Assembly: GCF_963921235.1 (NCBI RefSeq) | Contig: NC_086106.1 | Span: 23,312,001-23,376,000, forward strand | Length of the DNA stretch: 64,000 bases | Direction: 5' to 3' | Source: Mobula hypostoma | Lineage: Eukaryota | Shown: positions 25,357 to 40,722 of the stretch, piece by piece | Numbering within the stretch: position 1 is the stretch's first letter | Layout: every line of letters begins with the position of its first letter | Position numbers and translations under genes: made by a program | The notes under the pieces: generated by a model | Told to the model about the DNA's origin: nothing | Seen by the model: only the letters and a program-made list of their open reading frames with translations | Database searches by the model: none

Positions 25357-25510
25357 TGACGTGGAATGTGAAGAAAATAGGAAAGAAATATAAAAACAAT
25401 GCTGATTTTGATTGGCCAATTACCGGTCAACGTGCAGCCAAAATAACCAATCACTTCGTTTCTCTGTCTGTCTGTCTGTCTCTCTTTCTCTAAGAGCCAA
25501 TCAGGAGTAT
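25357..25510 (+). promoter_or_regulatory. Putative V-segment promoter (CRE-like TGACGTGG plus CCAAT boxes)
   Basis: TGACGTGG lies at 25357-25364, ATTGG/CCAAT at 25411-25420, and CCAAT at 25447 and 25497, 110-255 nt upstream of the V2 ATG. Homologous blocks precede every V. This is a motif match only. Confidence 0.4.
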
Positions 25511-25610
25511 CTGATGGAAGGTATACTTCGATCGCATTACAGTTAACCAGTCAGAACAGCAACATCAACACATTCCACCGTTGCTTGTCGTAATCGACAC
25601 AGCAGACAAC

Positions 25611-26051
25611 ATGTTGGCAATACGATTTTGGGCACTAATACTTTTGCCAGCACTACCCGGTATGTTCAGTTTATAATATCCGTGCGTTTCCTCTGGGATG
25701 TCTTTACATTGGAAAATGCTCATAAGTTTCTTATTTTCTTGCAGGCGCGAGTGATGAATATTTGGTAATCCAGGATGCGGCAGTAATTGCGGTTCAGGAA
25801 GGTGAAAACGTGCTGCTGAACTGCAGCTACCCTGCAACAGCTGCCAACACGCTGTACTGGTACATGCAATATCCTGGACAGTCTCTAAGGTATTTATTGA
25901 AGAGATACGAAACAGGGAATGGTGGAGAGCGATCGCCTGATTGCCCAGACAGGTTTTCGGCTGCAGCAGACAAAGGAAGTGCGACGGTTCCTTTCAGAAT
26001 ATCTGCTGCTCGTATCTCTGACTCCGCCGTATTTTTCTGTGTCATGATGCC
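25611..26051 (+). CDS. V2: TCR alpha/delta-type V segment, apparently functional (leader 25611-25659, V exon 25745-26051)
   Basis: Leader MLAIRFWALILLPALPG, 85-nt GT-AG intron, open V exon with both canonical Cys and Trp41, ending FFCVMM. Confidence 0.92.
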
Positions 26052-26090
26052 CACATTACTGCCGAGCTATAGAACGCCACTACAAAAACC
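26052..26090 (+). other. 23-RSS of V2
   Basis: CACATTA-23-ACAAAAACC. Confidence 0.93.
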
Positions 26091-29000
26091 GTTTGTAAAA
26101 TTTACAATTTGCAGACTTCAGGGGGCAGCATACAGATAATGTTGGGTCCGCGGCACATTTTGCAGGAAGATACAGACTGAAACAATCACCTCAGTGGAAA
26201 AGCATCGTGTGTTTACGTTAAGACATTGCAGCATCTCGAGCTGCTTATTTGATTGTGCAGAAGTCCTGGACCATATTCTAGTTGATTAAACTTCGTTTGA
26301 CTTGAGTGATGAATTTATAGCGATACCAGACATTACAGTGGGTGTTTACATTTTGTCGTCTAATTTTTTACGCACATGCTAAATTCACAATTCGAATAAC
26401 AGGCTAACAGAATTGTCACGATATTTAGACATAGCTCGCAGTTCCTCTGAGCGGCGAAGTTTCCATAGTCTTGGGAGCTGATTTCGGAAATATCGACATT
26501 TTTCTCAGTCACTGTTGCATCCGTTGTCTTATACGTTCGTTTGCCTCCATGATTTTTTTTTTTCGCTCTCATTTGTGCTTCAGAAAAAGCGGATTCCCGA
26601 CGTTCTAAGACAGCATTAATGGACTCACGGCGCCGTTTAGTTCTGCTGTTTTAAATTATTGTGTGCACTGATAAATCCTCGCTTATGAAGTCTGATGAAG
26701 AACACTATTGTTTACTATCGTAGGATGAAACTATTTGGTCCTCCATTCAAGGAAGGGAGATCAGAAATAATACTTAAATACAAACGAGTTTGTCAGTGAG
26801 TACCAGCAGCGAAGTCCGCTGATGCATGTTTTCCTTCTCTGAACAGTCCATACCGATCTGGAGGAAATTTGGCCCATTAGATTTCACATTATTTTAGTTA
26901 ACCTATACATTTTTTGCAAAATTGGATTCGTTTCCCTTGAAGAGGAGAACGTGCACACGGAATTGAGAAACTTGCACAATCTGTTTGAGGCTGACGAAAC
27001 TTGTATCATTTTAATATTGGTTACGCTTAACCTTCCCATTAGACTACGGAAATATTTGAGCGGGTGGAACAGCTTATTTCGTAAATTCTTTCCTTCAGAG
27101 CATAAATATTCTGTTTCTGCAGGAACTCTGTTTGTTGCAAAATAAATCCCTTCCCTTCAAATACAGAGAAATGGCTAAACACATATCTTCTCTTATTCCT
27201 TATTATTTTGATATAACCAAATTTCTGTACCAGTGATGCCCCAAATAAATGAATTTGCTGGACATTGCAATGATAAAATTAAAGACTGCCCGTGTTTCCA
27301 CTTCTTCGGAATCTTTGTCATTTCCATGAAGCTCCTAAGGATCAGATTCGCTACTACAATGGATCTTGATGTTGGCAAAATGCAGCAAGTTTAGATAGCA
27401 CAAAACCACGAAGATTAGTTACAGTTCAATCCAAAGACAGTACGGCATGCAGACGATAGGTCAGATCTTCGTGATTTAACCGCTACAAATACACTCAATG
27501 CGACACATGTAATGAAAATAAGACATGCTTACTGATACTCCTCACACAATGAGCATTGAATCGCTGCAGGTCCATCGAACGGAGGGTTCAGTGTGTACTG
27601 TTTCCACAATGCAGTGTCTCATGATTATTGCGTATAATTCTTGGAACAGCCTACAATAGTACAGCACTGTTTTCAAATATATTAAATTGGCGATGTTTCC
27701 TCATAAACAACGGTTTAGAAATATGCACGCTAAGGAAACTAGGAGGAACAGTGGTTTCCCAAAATCAAACAAAGGACGTGCCGAAATATTCCGTAATAGG
27801 TTGATAAGCGAAGACTGTACTCGCAAGACCCTCCATTTTCTGCACAGATTTTATTCTATATGCATCTGTGTGCACTAATAACAAGATCCCCTTTACTGTC
27901 AAGAGATTGTGAACAAGTATCTTATTTTGTAATAAATTCAGTTAATCGAGATTTTATGAAACTTAATAACATCAGAGATTCGGTTCATTCGGCCACTTTC
28001 GCAGCCTGCCCAGTTTCGCTCGGTAATACTGATCTGGCAATGATATAACTGAGAAGTCCAGTGGTTCAGGCAGCATCTATGAAAATGAATAAAGTTTCGA
28101 CGCTCCGGACTGAGAAGCTTTATCAGGGCTCGGAAGGAAGCGGAAGGAAAGCCAAAATGACATGGTGGGGGACTGGGACAATTACAAGTTAGAAGGTAAA
28201 AGGAGAAGCCAGGTGACGGGCTAAGTTGCCTGATAGGGAACGGAATGTGAAGTGATAATATGGGAAAGGATAGATGGAACATATATATGGCTGCAGAAGA
28301 AGAAATCTGATCACTGGGAAGAGAGCATCATTGGAAAATGGGAAGGAAGTGTTTGAGACCGATGTGGTAGGCAGAAGGCGTAAGAAGGGAGACAGAATTC
28401 GAACTGAAAAACGAGAGAATGAGTGAAAAACAAATATTGGACTTTGCAGAAAATAATATCTATGTCTTTCCGTTTGGAGTTACACGAACAGAATAGAAGG
28501 AATTGGACACATTTCGGTGAATAAAAAAAAGGGAATATCCCTCCCAACATCGGCCAAAGTAGCAGAGGAGGCTTGTTAGCTTTTAGTTCCCTCTGGTATA
28601 ACGTAACTTAGCCCTCCCGAGATCTGCCTCTGCACAATCTGTCTCTAAATTATTCGCTGTTGCCCTGCACTGTTGTGTGTCAAGCACTGGTCCCTGTACA
28701 CTGTTTAAATGTGCTGCTTCTCATTAACTAATTTACACCCGCGCACATCACTTTGTTGCCAAAGAACTGACATTTTATTTCATATAACATCAACATCATT
28801 TTCAAGTTGTGCCAATTCAAATTAGAAATCCATGCTAAGATAATTTAGAAACATAGCGGATTGATTGTGTACTGAATATAAAACATAACTACTGGAAATA
28901 ATTAAATTTTCAGACATTTTATAGATTCAGTATTTTTAAATTGTCAATGTTTCAAGTTAAAACACTGTTGCAAATTTTAACAACAATCGAAGTGTGGAAA

Positions 29001-32000
29001 TGGTTAGCTAAATGATAATAAATCGCCAGCACGCTGAACACACATGCTGTCTAGTTAACTATATTCGTTTTGTCATTGTGCATATCAGTATTTGATATCA
29101 TTTACTTGTTGAGTTTGTTCGATATGAAGAATAGCCATATTCTGACTGTTTTGGGTGGTTTATAAATAAAAAATGAAATTATAATTGTATTTTTTTCTTT
29201 AAAAAACTTTCATCTTGTGCTTATATTTTTTTTCTCTTCTCAAATGATAACGTGTGTATTTTTTTTTCGTATTGAGGATGTCCATATAAAAAGAATGTCC
29301 AAATTAAACTCCAAATGAGTGAGAAGCAAGAGGAAAGCTAGTTGCCTGAATAAAGTATTTGTCTCTGAAAATGTAAAATTGGATAACAGTTACAATACTT
29401 TCACTATTTAAGTTATTCCTTCTGTGCATGCTGTATAACGAAAGTGGCCAAATGTGTAATTATACCAGAGAGTTAGAGTGGTGAGAAGTGTGATTTGGAA
29501 TTATCTGAGTGCATCAGCATTGAGTTTCAGACACAAAAAGAAAAAAATGAAGAAGTTAGTGCAATCTACTTTCCATGCACAAATTGTAAATGACGTAAAA
29601 AGAAATTTGTACGGAGAATGTGTACATTGGACTTTAAAATTCGACTGGAAATAAACAGAACAATGAATCACATTTTGTGAATTCTTTGAAGCAATCCGCA
29701 CTTGACATCATGACCATAGTTAAAGCAGGAAAAAAATAAATACCAACAATTAACTTGATATTTAAAAAACAAGTATTATATTTACGTAAGATGGAGCAAA
29801 TGTAATGCTTGGACTGAAATTACAAAGAAAAACGATGGTGCTGCAGACCTTTGCCAAGAAATAAAGCATCTGTCTGCTCAATATTAGGTTGTCCACAGAT
29901 AAGGCAGTGCCGAGAGGAAAAAAAAACACAACAACAACAACATCTATACAGTATATCGGAACATTGCAAAGAAAAGTACATGCAATGTTCAGTTGGTAGT
30001 CCCTAAAAGATAGAAAAGCTAGAATACTTAACTCATGCAACATTATGTAATCTGATCTTAGTTCGAACACGAAACAAAGTAATATGGCTATCAGAACATT
30101 TTCTGGTTACTGCATTAATAAGGAATTACGAAGTTCAAGCAGTGTTCCAAAGCGCAGGATTCAAATCACCTTAACGATTTTTTACGAAACTAGGTTTTCA
30201 TGTTAAGAATGCACACGGATATTCTGCAAACGAGAAGCTGAATTCTTGCCAATGAGTTAATAGTACACAACTATAAGGAGCAGAAATTATAGATCCATTT
30301 AGTTCACAATGTAAGCTTGTGATGCAGGCTAATTTTTCGCAGACTGAGCGGTGGGGTGATTCCAATCAAACGGATCTCTCAGCAGTTGGGTGCACAAACT
30401 TCCGTCTCGAGAAGATTTTTCTCCATTTCCATACTTCTGTATTACTGTCAGCTAACCATCTGCAACAAACGTCTTCTTGAGATAATGTATAGTACTTAGC
30501 ACTCACTAGTGAAGCACGGCCCCGTCATCATCCTTCCGAATAGCCTCAGTCCATCTTTTTGTATCTAAGCGATATTAAGATTTTTTTCGTGTGGTCTGCT
30601 CTATCTATGCTAGTCATTTTATGTACCACATCGACGTCCCTTCTTATTTACCGCCGCGCAATGGAGTCAAACCTAGGGTCACCAGACTCTGGACGTAACG
30701 AACTCCTTCATCCCATGCAAAGAAATTGCATCTACTTTGTGTCTCCCTATCGCTTTGTACAATCACTGCAGATCTCAGAGGATGTCATATATCTTCTATA
30801 AAATTCGATTGTTATTTCGAATTCGATTTCCTTTCTTTATTTGCTTTAATGGTCACAAGAGTTGAGCTATGTGATTCGCAAACATAATATTGTTGATCAT
30901 GGAATTCAGCCTCACATATTTCGCTCCACAATGTGAAAAATGACTCCCTAAACGATCAATATAATTATCCTAGGCTGTTTGATTTAAACACCAGTTGTAG
31001 TATTTTCTATTGTTCCAAGGTCAATGAGTTAGGAAGATCATCATATTCGAGCTGGTGTGTATTTGTGAGCAAAGGAATGATGATCCGATGCTCAACTTAA
31101 ATTATCAAAATGGAATTAACTTTTTATCAAGTTAAGACATTTTGCTCGATGTTCGTCAATGTCTTTCGTCAAAAAAATGACAATAAAAGAAGACTGAGTG
31201 TTCTCATAATCTCAGATACCTGCCACTCATACCGAGCCACGGGTAAATGCTAATATTTCAAAGTGTTCCAAGCTCCAGTTTCCACTTTTTTTTTCAGCAA
31301 AAGTGAAATGTCGTCCTGACTTCTAACGGACGCTCAAAGACATCCTTTTTGACACCAGAGAGCTTCAGTTTGGGAAATTTCATAACAGTCTGCAGCCATA
31401 TCTCGATAAAGTCCTTTAAACTACGATTCTTCCGTGATTTGCTTCAATAATGGTTGATGAATTTTATGTCTGTTGACTGGACTTCTCTGAGGGCTTTTCG
31501 AATAATCCTGGTTGCCATTGGAAATCTGCTTAAGAAATAAAGATACAAACCGACGTTTGGAGTTTCCATGCTCACAGAAGTAGCTAAACCAGACGCAAGG
31601 CCTGTTGTCACGTCAGCTGCATCTGTCCAAACGGTACGCAGTTGATGCTTCCAGTCAAATTCCTTTTTGGCTAAACACGTTCATAAAATTTCGACGTGTT
31701 TTGGCATTTTCTGGAATGGATACAGAAAATAGGAATTGATCTCGAGCAGCATCATCCTGCGTACAAACATTAAAACAGAAAACTGAAAGGGGTCACAGGT
31801 ACCTTAGCTCTCCACAGGTCTACCACCAACTCCTTAGTCCTTTTATCACATTAAAATGCAGATAATTCTGCTCACACCATGTGACAACGTTTCCTACCCT
31901 AGCCCTGTACTCGGCCTCATTACCATCTCTGCGGAAGGTACACATCGACAGAATATAGCTGGATTTCACAATACTACATGTGTGTTTCTCTTCAACGATA

Positions 32001-32460
32001 CTCCGTTTTCACGAAGCTATGTGGACATGTTTGTCCTATAGAGCAAATCTGTACTGCATCTCGGTATAAATTTATGAGAATCGGTAAAATCTGTGTCAAG
32101 GAAAACAGAGTCAACTCTAAGACGATAACCCGAACGCATTTTTAACAGATGCCACTTAAGCTGAAAACATCTTCCGTGAAATTGCTTCTCTTATTACAGA
32201 GAGAAATGACGTGGAATGTGAAGAAAATAGGTAAGAAATATAAAAACAATGCTGATTTTGATTGACCAATTACCGGTCAACGTGCAGCCAAAACAACCAA
32301 TCACTTCGTTTCTCTGTCTGTCTGTCTGTCTCTCTTTCTCTAAGAGCCAATCATGAGTATCTGATGGAAGGTATACTTCGATCGCATTACAGTCAACCAG
32401 TCAGAACAGCAACATCAACACATTCCACCGTTGCTTGTCGTAATCGACACAGCAGACAAC

Positions 32461-32901
32461 ATGTGGACAATCCGATTTTGGGCACTAATACTTATGCCAG
32501 CACTACCCGGTATGTTCAGTTTATAATATCCGTGCGTTTCCTCTGGGATGTCTTTACATTGGACAATGCTCATAAGTTTCTTATTTTCTTCCAGGCGCGA
32601 GTGGTGAATATTTGGTAATCCAGGATCCGGCAGTAATTGCGGTTCAGGAAGGTGAAAACGTGCTGCTGAACTGCAGCTACCCTGCAAAAGCTGCCAACAC
32701 GCTGTTCTGGTACATGCAATATTCTGGACAATCTCTAAGGTATTTATTGAAGAGATACGCAACAGGGAATGGTGGAGAGCGATCGCCTGATTGCCCAGAC
32801 AGGTTTTCGGCTGCAGTAGACAAAGGAAGTGCGACGGTTCCTTTCAGAATATCTGCTGCTCGTATCTCTGACTCCGCCGTATTTTTCTGTGCCATGATGC
32901 C
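32461..32901 (+). CDS. V3: TCR alpha/delta-type V segment, apparently functional (leader 32461-32509, V exon 32595-32901)
   Basis: Leader MWTIRFWALILMPALPG, 85-nt intron, open V exon with canonical residues. Confidence 0.92.
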
Positions 32902-32940
32902 CACATTACTGCCGAGCTATAGAACGCCACTACAAAAACC
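32902..32940 (+). other. 23-RSS of V3
   Basis: CACATTA-23-ACAAAAACC. Confidence 0.93.
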
Positions 32941-35900
32941 GTTTGTAAAATTTACAATTTGCAGACTTCAGGGGGCAGCATACAGATAATGTTGGCTCCG
33001 GGGCACATTTTGCAGGAAGATACAGACTGAAACAATCACCTCAGTGGAAATGCATCGTGTGTTTACGTTAAGACATTGCAGCGTCTCGAGCTGCTTATCT
33101 GATTGTGTAGAAGTCCAGGACCATAGTTTAGTTGATTAAACTTCGTTTGACTTGAGTGATGAATTTATAGCGATACCAGACATTACAGTGGGTGTTTACA
33201 TTTTGTCGTCTAATTTTTACACACATGCTACATTCAAAATTCGAATAACAGGCTAACAGAATTGTCACGATATTTAGACAGAGCTCGCAGTTCCTCTGAG
33301 TGGCGAAGTTTCCATAGTCTTGGGAGCTCATTTCGGAAATATCGACATTTTTCTCAGTCACTGTTGCATCTCTTGTCTGATGCGTTCGTTTGCCTCCATG
33401 CTCTTTTTTTTTCGCTCTCATTTATGTTTCAGAAAAAGCCGATTCCCGACATTCTTAGACAGCATTAATGGACTCACGGCGCCGTTTAGTTCTGCTGTTT
33501 TAAGTTATTGTGTGCACCGATAAATCCTCGCTTATGAAGTCTGACGAACAACACTATTGTTTACTATCGTAGGATGAAACTATTTGGTCCTCCATTCAAG
33601 GAAGGGAGATCAGAAATAATACTTAAATACAAACGAATATGTCAGTGAGTACCAGCAGCGAAGTCCGCTGATGCATGTTTTCCTTCTCTGAACATTCCAT
33701 ACCGATCTGGAGGAAATTTGGCCCATTAGATTTCACATTACTTTAGTTAACCTATGCATTTTCATCAAATTTGGATTTGTTTCCCTTGAAGAGGAGAACG
33801 TGCACACGGAATTGAGAAACTTGCACAATCTGTTTGAGGCTGACGAAACTTGTATCATTTTAATATTGGTTACGCTTAACCTTCCCAACCAGACTACGGA
33901 AATATTTGAGCGGGTGGAACAGCTTATTTCGTAAATTCTTTCGTTCAGAGCATAAATATTCTGTTTCTGCAGGAACTCTGTTTGTTGCAAAATGTATCCC
34001 TTCCCTTCAAATACAGAGAAATGGCGAAACTCATATCTTCTCTTATTCCGTATTATTTTGGTATAACCAAGTTTCAGTACCAGTGATGCCCAAAATAAAT
34101 GAATTTGCTGGACATTGCAATGATAAAATTAAAGACTGCCCGTGTTTCCACTTCTTCGGAATCTTTGTCATTTCCATGAAGCTCCTCAGGATCAGATTCG
34201 CTACGACAATGGATCTTGATGTTGGCAAAAAGCAGCAACTTTAGATAGCACAAAACCACGAAGATTAGTTACAGTTCAATCCAAAGACAGTACGGCATGC
34301 AGTCGATAGGTCAGATCTTCGTGATTTAACCGCTACAAACACACTGAATGCGACACAATGTAATGAAAATAAGAAATGCTTACTGATACTCCTCAAACAA
34401 TGAACATTGAATCGCTGCGGGTCCATCGAACGGAGGGTTCAGTGTGTACTGTTTCCACAATGCAGTGTCTCATGATTATTGCGTATAATTCTTAGAACAG
34501 CCTACAATAGTACAGCAATATTTTCAAATATCTTAAATTGACGATATTTCCTCATAAACAACGGTTTAGAAATATGCACGCTAAGGAAACTAGGAGGAAC
34601 AGTGGTTTCCCAAAATCAAACCAAGGACGTGCCAAAATATTCTGTAATAGGTTGATAAGCGGAGGTGGTACTCGCAAGACCCCCCATCTTCTTCACAGAT
34701 TTTATTCTATTTGCATCTGTGTGCACTAATAACAAGATTCACTTTACTGTAAAAAGCTGTTGAACAAGTATATTATTTTGTAATAAATTCAGGTAATCGA
34801 GATTTTATGAAACTTTATAACATCAGAGATCCGGTTCATTCGGCCACTTTCGCAGCCTGTCCAGTTTCGCTCGGTAATACTGATCTGGCAATGATATAAC
34901 TGAGAAGTCCAGTGGTTCAGGCAGCATCTATGAAAATGAATAAAGTTTCGATGCTTCGGACTGAGAAGCTATATCAGGGCTAGGAAGGAAGCGGAAGGAA
35001 ACCCAAAATGACATGGTGGGGGACTTGGACAATTACAATTTGGAAGGTAAAAGGAGAAACCACGTGACGGGATAAGCTGCCTGATAGGGAACGGAATCTG
35101 AAGTGATAATATGGGAAAGGATAGATGGAACATATATATGGCTGCAGAAGAAGAAATCTGATCACTGAGAAGACAGCATCATTGGAAAATGGGAAGGAGG
35201 TGTATGAGACGGATCTGGTAGGCAGAAGGCGTAAGAAGGTAGACAGAATTCGAACTGAAAAACGAGAGAATGAGTGGTAAACAAATATTGGACGTTGCAG
35301 AAAATAATATCTATGGCTTCCCGTTTGAACTTACACGAACGGAATAGAAGGGATTGGACACATCTCGGTGAATAAAATAAGGGAATAGTCCTCCCAACAT
35401 CGGCCAAAGTAGCAGAGGAGGCTTGTTAGCTTTTAGTTCCCTCTGGTATAATGTATCAACGAGGTATCTTCAAATTTGTACACGAATAACTCTAACTGTT
35501 TTGAACAGTAAATATCCTTCCGAAGCATGGACAAAACAAACGATTTACTTTCCGATATATTAAGAAACTTGAAGCATTATGTCAAAGTGTGTGTGTGCTC
35601 TTTATTTTTCGCATTCTATTTCACTAAACATACCATTAAACATACCCCTCCATTTATTCTGATGAAAGGCGATTAGCGACTTCAAAATCTCTTCTTTAGC
35701 ATTCAACTCGTCCCTTTTTTTCCCAATGTTATCGTCCAGGGGTGGCAGCTCATGCGCTCTAGTTTCTGCGTTTTGAGGTTCATCGTGATATCAATCATAG
35801 AAAAAAAACACGTCGACCAGAAGCTAGAACACTTGTGGATCTGTGCCTGCCTCGCTGATGTCAGAAGTTACCCATTGTTTAAGTTTTCATCGATATCCTG

Positions 35901-38900
35901 AATGTCGAATGTAAAGTTACTATCCTCCAATGAAGTATACTCTGTACATCGCCTCTCACTTAACCTCGCCCTCCCGAGATCTGCCTCTGCACAATCTGTC
36001 CCTACATTATTCGCTGGTGCCCTGTACCGCTTTGTGTCAAGCACTGGTCCCTGTACATTGTGTGGTTGTGCGGCTTCTCAGTAACGACTTTACACCCGCG
36101 CACATCGCTTTGTTGCCAAAGAACTGACATTTTATTTCATATAACATCAACATAATTTTGAAGTTGTGCCAATTGAAATTAGAAATCTATGCTAAGATGA
36201 TTTAGAAACATAACGGATTGATTGTGTAGTGAATATAAAGCATAACTACTGGAAATAATTAAATTTTCAGAAATTTTATAGATTCAGTATTTTTAAATTG
36301 TCAATGTTTCAAGTTAAAACACTGTTGCAAATTTTAAGAACAATCAAAGAGTGGAAATGGATAGCTGATTGATAATAAATCGCCAGCCCGCTGAACACAC
36401 ATGCTGTCTAGTTAACTAAATCCGTTTTGTCATTGTGCCGATCAGTGTTTGATCTCATTTACTTGTGTTATTATATGTTGATTGTGTTTGTTCGATATGA
36501 AGAATAGCCATATTCTGACTGTTTTGGGGTATTTCTATTTGTTAAAAAATAAAATTATAATTGTATTTTTTCTTTAAAAAAGCTTTCATCTAGTGATTAT
36601 ATATTTTTTTCTCTTCTCAAATGATAACGTGTGTATTTTTTTTTCGTATTCAGGATGTCCATATAAAAAGCATGTCCAAATTAAACTCCAAATGAGTGAG
36701 AAGCAAGAGAAAAGCTCGTTGCCTGAATAAAGTATTTGTCTCTGAAAATGTAAAATTGTAAAACAATTGCAATACTTTCACTATTTAAGTTATTCCTTCT
36801 GTGCATGCTGTATAACGAAAGTGGCCAAATGTGTAATTATACCACAGAGTTGGTGTGGTGTGAACTGTGATTTGGAATTTTCTGAGTACATCAGCACTGA
36901 GCTTCAGACACAAAAAGAAAAATGAAGAAGTTAGTGCAATCTACTTTCCATGCACAAATTGTAAATGACGTAAAAAGAAATTTGTACGGAGAAAGTGTAC
37001 ATTGGACTTTAAAATTCGACTGGAAATGAGCAGAACAATGAATCACTGTTTGTGAGATCTTTGAAGCAATCCGCACTTGATACCATGACAATAGTTAAAG
37101 CAGGAAAAAAATAAATACCAACAATTAGCTTGATATTTTAGAAAAAAGTATTATATTTACGTAAGATAGAGCAAATGTAATGCTTGAACTGAAATTAAAA
37201 AAAAAAAAACGATGGTGCTGCAGTCCTTTGCCAAGAAATAAAGCATCTGTCTTCTCAATATTAGGTTGTCCACAGATAAGGCAGTGCAGGGAGAGAAAAA
37301 AAAAACACAACAACAACAACATCTATACAGTATATCGGAACATTGCAAAGAAATGTACATGCAATGTTCAGTTGGTAGTCCGTAAAAGATAGAAAAGCTA
37401 GAATACTTAACTCATGCAACATTATGTAATGTGATCTTAGTTCGAATACGAAACAAAGTAATATGGCTGTCAGAACATTTTCTGGTTACTGCATTAATAA
37501 GGAATTACGAAGTTGAAGCAGTGTTACAAAGCGCAGGTTAAACAATGTAACGATACATTTACCAGGTATTCTCTGAAGGCTCTGACCGATGCACAATATC
37601 GAGTTCCTTCAAATCACCTTCACGATTTTTTACGAAACGAGGTTTTCAGTTTAAGAATGCACACGGATATTCTGGAAACGAGAGGCTGAATTTTTGCCAA
37701 TGAGGTACATCGTACACAACGATAAGGGTCATAAATTATAGATTAATTTAGTTCAGAATGTAAGCTTGTGTTGCAGGCTAACTTTTCGCAGACTGAGAGG
37801 TGAGGTAATTCCAATGAAACGGATCTCTCAGCAGTTGGGTGCACAAACTTCCGTCTCGTGAAGATTTTTCTCCGTTTCCACCTCTGTATTACCGTCTGCT
37901 AACCATCTGCAGCAAACCTCTTATAGGACTTCGCACTCACTACGTGAAGCAGGGCCGCGTCATCGTCCTTCGGAACACCCTCAGTGCATCTCCTCGTATC
38001 TAAACGATATTAGGAATTTTTTCGTGTGGTCTGCTCTATCTATGCCAGTCATTTTATGTACCACAACGACGTCCCTTGTTATTCACCGCCGCTCATTGGG
38101 GAACAAACCTAGGGTCACCAGACTCTCGTCATAACGAAGCTCCTTGATCCCATGCAAAGAAGTTGCATCTACTTTGTCCCTCCCTGTCGCTTTGTACAAG
38201 AACTGGACGCAGACCTCAGAGGATGTCATATATATTTTATAAAGATCGATTATTATTTCGACTTCGATTTCCTTTCTTTTTTTGCTTTGATGGTCACAGG
38301 AGTTGAACTATGTGATTCGCAAACATAATGTTGTTAATAATGGAATTCAACCTCACATATTTCGCTCCACAGTGTGAAGATTGACTCCCTAAACGAGCAA
38401 TATAATTACCCTAGGCAGTTTGATTTAAACACCAATTGTATTATTTTCTGTTGTTGCAAGGTCAATGAGTGAAGAGGATCAACATATTCGAGGTAGTGTG
38501 TATTTGAGAGCAAGGGAATGCAGATCCGATGCTCAACTTCAAATTCTCAACATGGGAATAGCTTTTTATACAGTTAAGAACTTTTATCTCGATGTTGTCA
38601 CTGTCTTTCGTCAAAGAAATTGAAAAATATTTTTCTCCGCACTTTATCTTGGTGTTACACTTCCCCCAGCTTTTAAAGTTTGCATAGATGCCAGTCTTTA
38701 TTATTTGCTTGGCAGCTCCGCTAAGAAAGTGGGAGTTTACTTTCAGTAGCATACATAATGGAGACTTTAGGATATTTAATAGAAAGTTACATTTCATCCA
38801 TATGTTTTAATATATGCGACGGCAGCGCGCGCTGCCACTTCGATGGTGATGTCTGTTATCTGTCAAGTAGGGGATCGTCCACAATTCTGATTTGATGGAG

Positions 38901-40722
38901 ACGGACGTGAGAGTACGGAGGAACATCTGAAACACTTCTGAAATGTCTGCTTCTCTGCTGCTGCTGCTGTGTGGTAACCGGCATCTCCGGAACAGAAGGC
39001 TCCGAGATCCTCGGCTTTGCTTGTTTTAGCGGCCGGGGCCAGGTCGAAGGCGTTTGGCAGAGGATGGCGCTTGGGACGCTGTATCGGAGAGGATGGTCGG
39101 AAGCTCGAACTTTTCGGACGGATAGACTCAGAGCCGGCTGTGTTCGGCTGCCTCCAAGGCATCGGCAAGTTGACGGTGCCTGGAGTTTTATGGCAAGGAA
39201 TTTCTCCCTTTGGCCGCCTGCTATCGGGGACTCGGGAGTCGATCGACTCGGGGACTTCTGAGACTTTATTTACCGTGCCCATGTTTGCTCTTCATCAAAT
39301 CATGGTATTGCTTTGCACTGCTGTAACTTATGTTATACTTGCGTGGTTCTGTCACTGTTATTCTTTGGTTTGTCCTGATTTCTGTAATATCACTCCGGGA
39401 AAACATTGTACCATTTCTTAATGTAGGTATGCATTTCGAAATGACAGTAAACGAAGACTGAGTGTTCTCATAATCTCAGATACCTGCCAGTCATGCCGAG
39501 CCACGGGTATATGCTTATATTTCAAAGTGTTCCAAGTTCTAGTTCCCATTTTTTTTTCAGCAAAAGTGAAATGTCGTCCTGACTTCTAACGGAGGCTCAA
39601 AGACATCCTTTTTGATACCAGAGAGTTTCAGTTTGGGGAATTTCTTAATAGTCTGCAGCCACTTTTCGACAAAGTCCTTTAAAATACGATTCTTCCGTCA
39701 TTTGCTTCAATAATGGTTGATAAATTTTATGTCGGTCGACTGGACATCTTTTAGGACTTTTCGAATAATCCTGGCTGCCATTGGAAATCTGCTTAAGAAA
39801 TAAAGATTCAAACCGGCGTTTGGAGTTTCCATGTTCACTGAAGTAGCTAAATCAGATGCAAGGTCTGGTGTCACATCAGCTGCATCTTTCCAAACGGTAC
39901 GCAGTTGTTGCTTCCAGTCAAATTCCATTTTGGCTAAACACGTTCATAAAACGTCGACGTGTTTTGGCCTTTTCTGGAATGGATGCAGAAAATAGGAATT
40001 GATCTCGAGCAGCATCATCCTGCGTACAGAGATTAAAACAGAAAACTGAAAGGGGTCAACAGTACACTAGCTCTCCACAGGTCTACCACCAACTCCTTAG
40101 TCCTTTTTTCACATTAAACTGCAGATAATTCTGCTCACACCATGTTTCAACGTTTCCTACCATAGCCCTGTACTCGGCCTCATTACCATCTCTGCGGAAG
40201 GTACACATCGACAGAATATAGCTGGATTTCACAATACTACATGTGTGTTTCTCTTCAACGATACTGCGTTTTCACGGAAGCTATGTGGACATGTTTGTCC
40301 TGTAGAGCATTCTGTACTGCATTTCGGTATAAATTTATGAGAATCGGTAAAATCTGTGTCAAGGAAAACAGAGTCCACTCTAAGACGATAACCCGGACGC
40401 ATTTGTAACAGATGCCACTTAAGCTGAATATATCTTCCGTGAAATTGCTTCTCTTATTACAGACAGAAATGACGTGGAATGTGAAGAAAATAGGAAAGAA
40501 ATATAAAACAATGCTGATTTTGATTGGTCAATTACCGCTCAACGTGCAGCCAAAATAACCAATCACTTCGTTTCTCTGTCTGTCTGTCTGTCTCTCTTTC
40601 TCTAAGAGCCAATCATGAGTATCTGATGGAAGGTATACTTCGATCGCATTACAGTTAACCAGTCAGAACAGCAACATCAACACATTCCACCGTTGCTTGT
40701 CGTAATCGACACAGCAGACAAC

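Noticed and set aside
38863-39421. Recurring 90-140 aa ORFs on both strands of the ~500-bp embedded repeat
   Set aside because: They are GC-rich stop-poor sequence with no recognisable domain, and frames differ among copies.
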